Source of the DNA: Mustelus asterias
Taxonomy: Eukaryota
DNA length: 64,000 bases
NCBI RefSeq assembly: GCF_964213995.1
Contig: NC_135829.1
Location: 6,696,001 to 6,760,000, forward strand
Direction of reading: 5' to 3'
Positions 63,421 to 64,000 of this stretch are shown here, piece after piece (position 1 is the first letter of the stretch; every line of letters begins with the position of its first letter). A program made the translations under genes and the position numbers. The notes beneath the pieces are model-generated. The model made no database searches, was not told where the DNA came from, and worked only from the letters and a program-made list of their open reading frames with translations.

Positions 63421-64000
63421 AGCATTAGGAACAAAAGAGTTGTCAGGGAGAAAATCGGACCTCTCAGGGACAAAGGAGGGGAATTATGCTTAGAACCCAA
63501 GGGAATAGGGGAGATCCTAAATGAATACTTTGCATCGGTATTCACGAAGGAGAGGGGCGTGTTAACCGGGAGTGTCTCGGAGGGAGGTGTTGACCCGTTA
63601 GAGAAAATCTCCATTACAAGAGAGGAAGTGTTAGGTTTTTTAGGGAACATTAAAACTGACAAAGCCCCAGGGCCTGATGGCATCTATCCTCGACTGCTCA
63701 GGGAGACGAGAGGTGAAATTGCTGGGCCTCTGACGGAAATCTTTGTCGCTTCTTTGGACACGGGTGAGGTCCCTGAGGATTGGAGGATAGCTAATATGGT
63801 CCCGTTGTTTAAGAAGGGTAGCAGGGATAACCCAGGAAATTATAGGCCGGTGAGCTTGACGTCCGTGGTAGGGAAGTTGTTGGAGAGGATTCTTAGAGAC
63901 AGGATGTATGTGCATTTAGAACGGAACAATCTCATTAGTGACAGACAGCATGGTTTTGTAAGAGGGAGGTCGTGCCTTACAAATTTGGTGGAGTTTTTTG
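63421..64000 (+). mobile_element. Young CR1/HER1 LINE, 5'-truncated, ORF2 running off the window
   Basis: stop-free frame: EILNEYFASVFT..KAPGPDGIYPRLL..VPEDWRIANMVPLFKKG..NYRPVSLTSVVGKLLE..QHGFVRGRSCLTNL. Confidence 0.93.

Overview
This is vertebrate genomic DNA from a cartilaginous fish, most likely a shark, judged from its HE1-type V-SINEs, CR1/HER1 LINEs and DeuSINE-like elements. The + strand carries the last six coding exons of SCAPER (3836-54413). All six have canonical AG/GT boundaries and consistent phases; one intron is 35 kb and the terminal intron is 92 nt. The rest is dense with nested retroelements: two tail variants of an HE1-like SINE, CR1, Rex1/Babar, L2-like remnants, two Penelope-like (PLE) families and a solo LTR. 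Repeat-poor, homeodomain-site-rich intronic blocks may be enhancers of the neighbouring ISL2 gene. The most notable system is a PLE family present in about 9 copies of 44-1120 bp. Five copies are head-to-head fold-backs, seven have 12-14 bp target-site duplications, and most carry a minimal hammerhead ribozyme with a palindromic stem III. An in-window paralogous empty site confirms one insertion. Repeat family names come from recalled consensus features, not a database search, and repeat coordinates are approximate.
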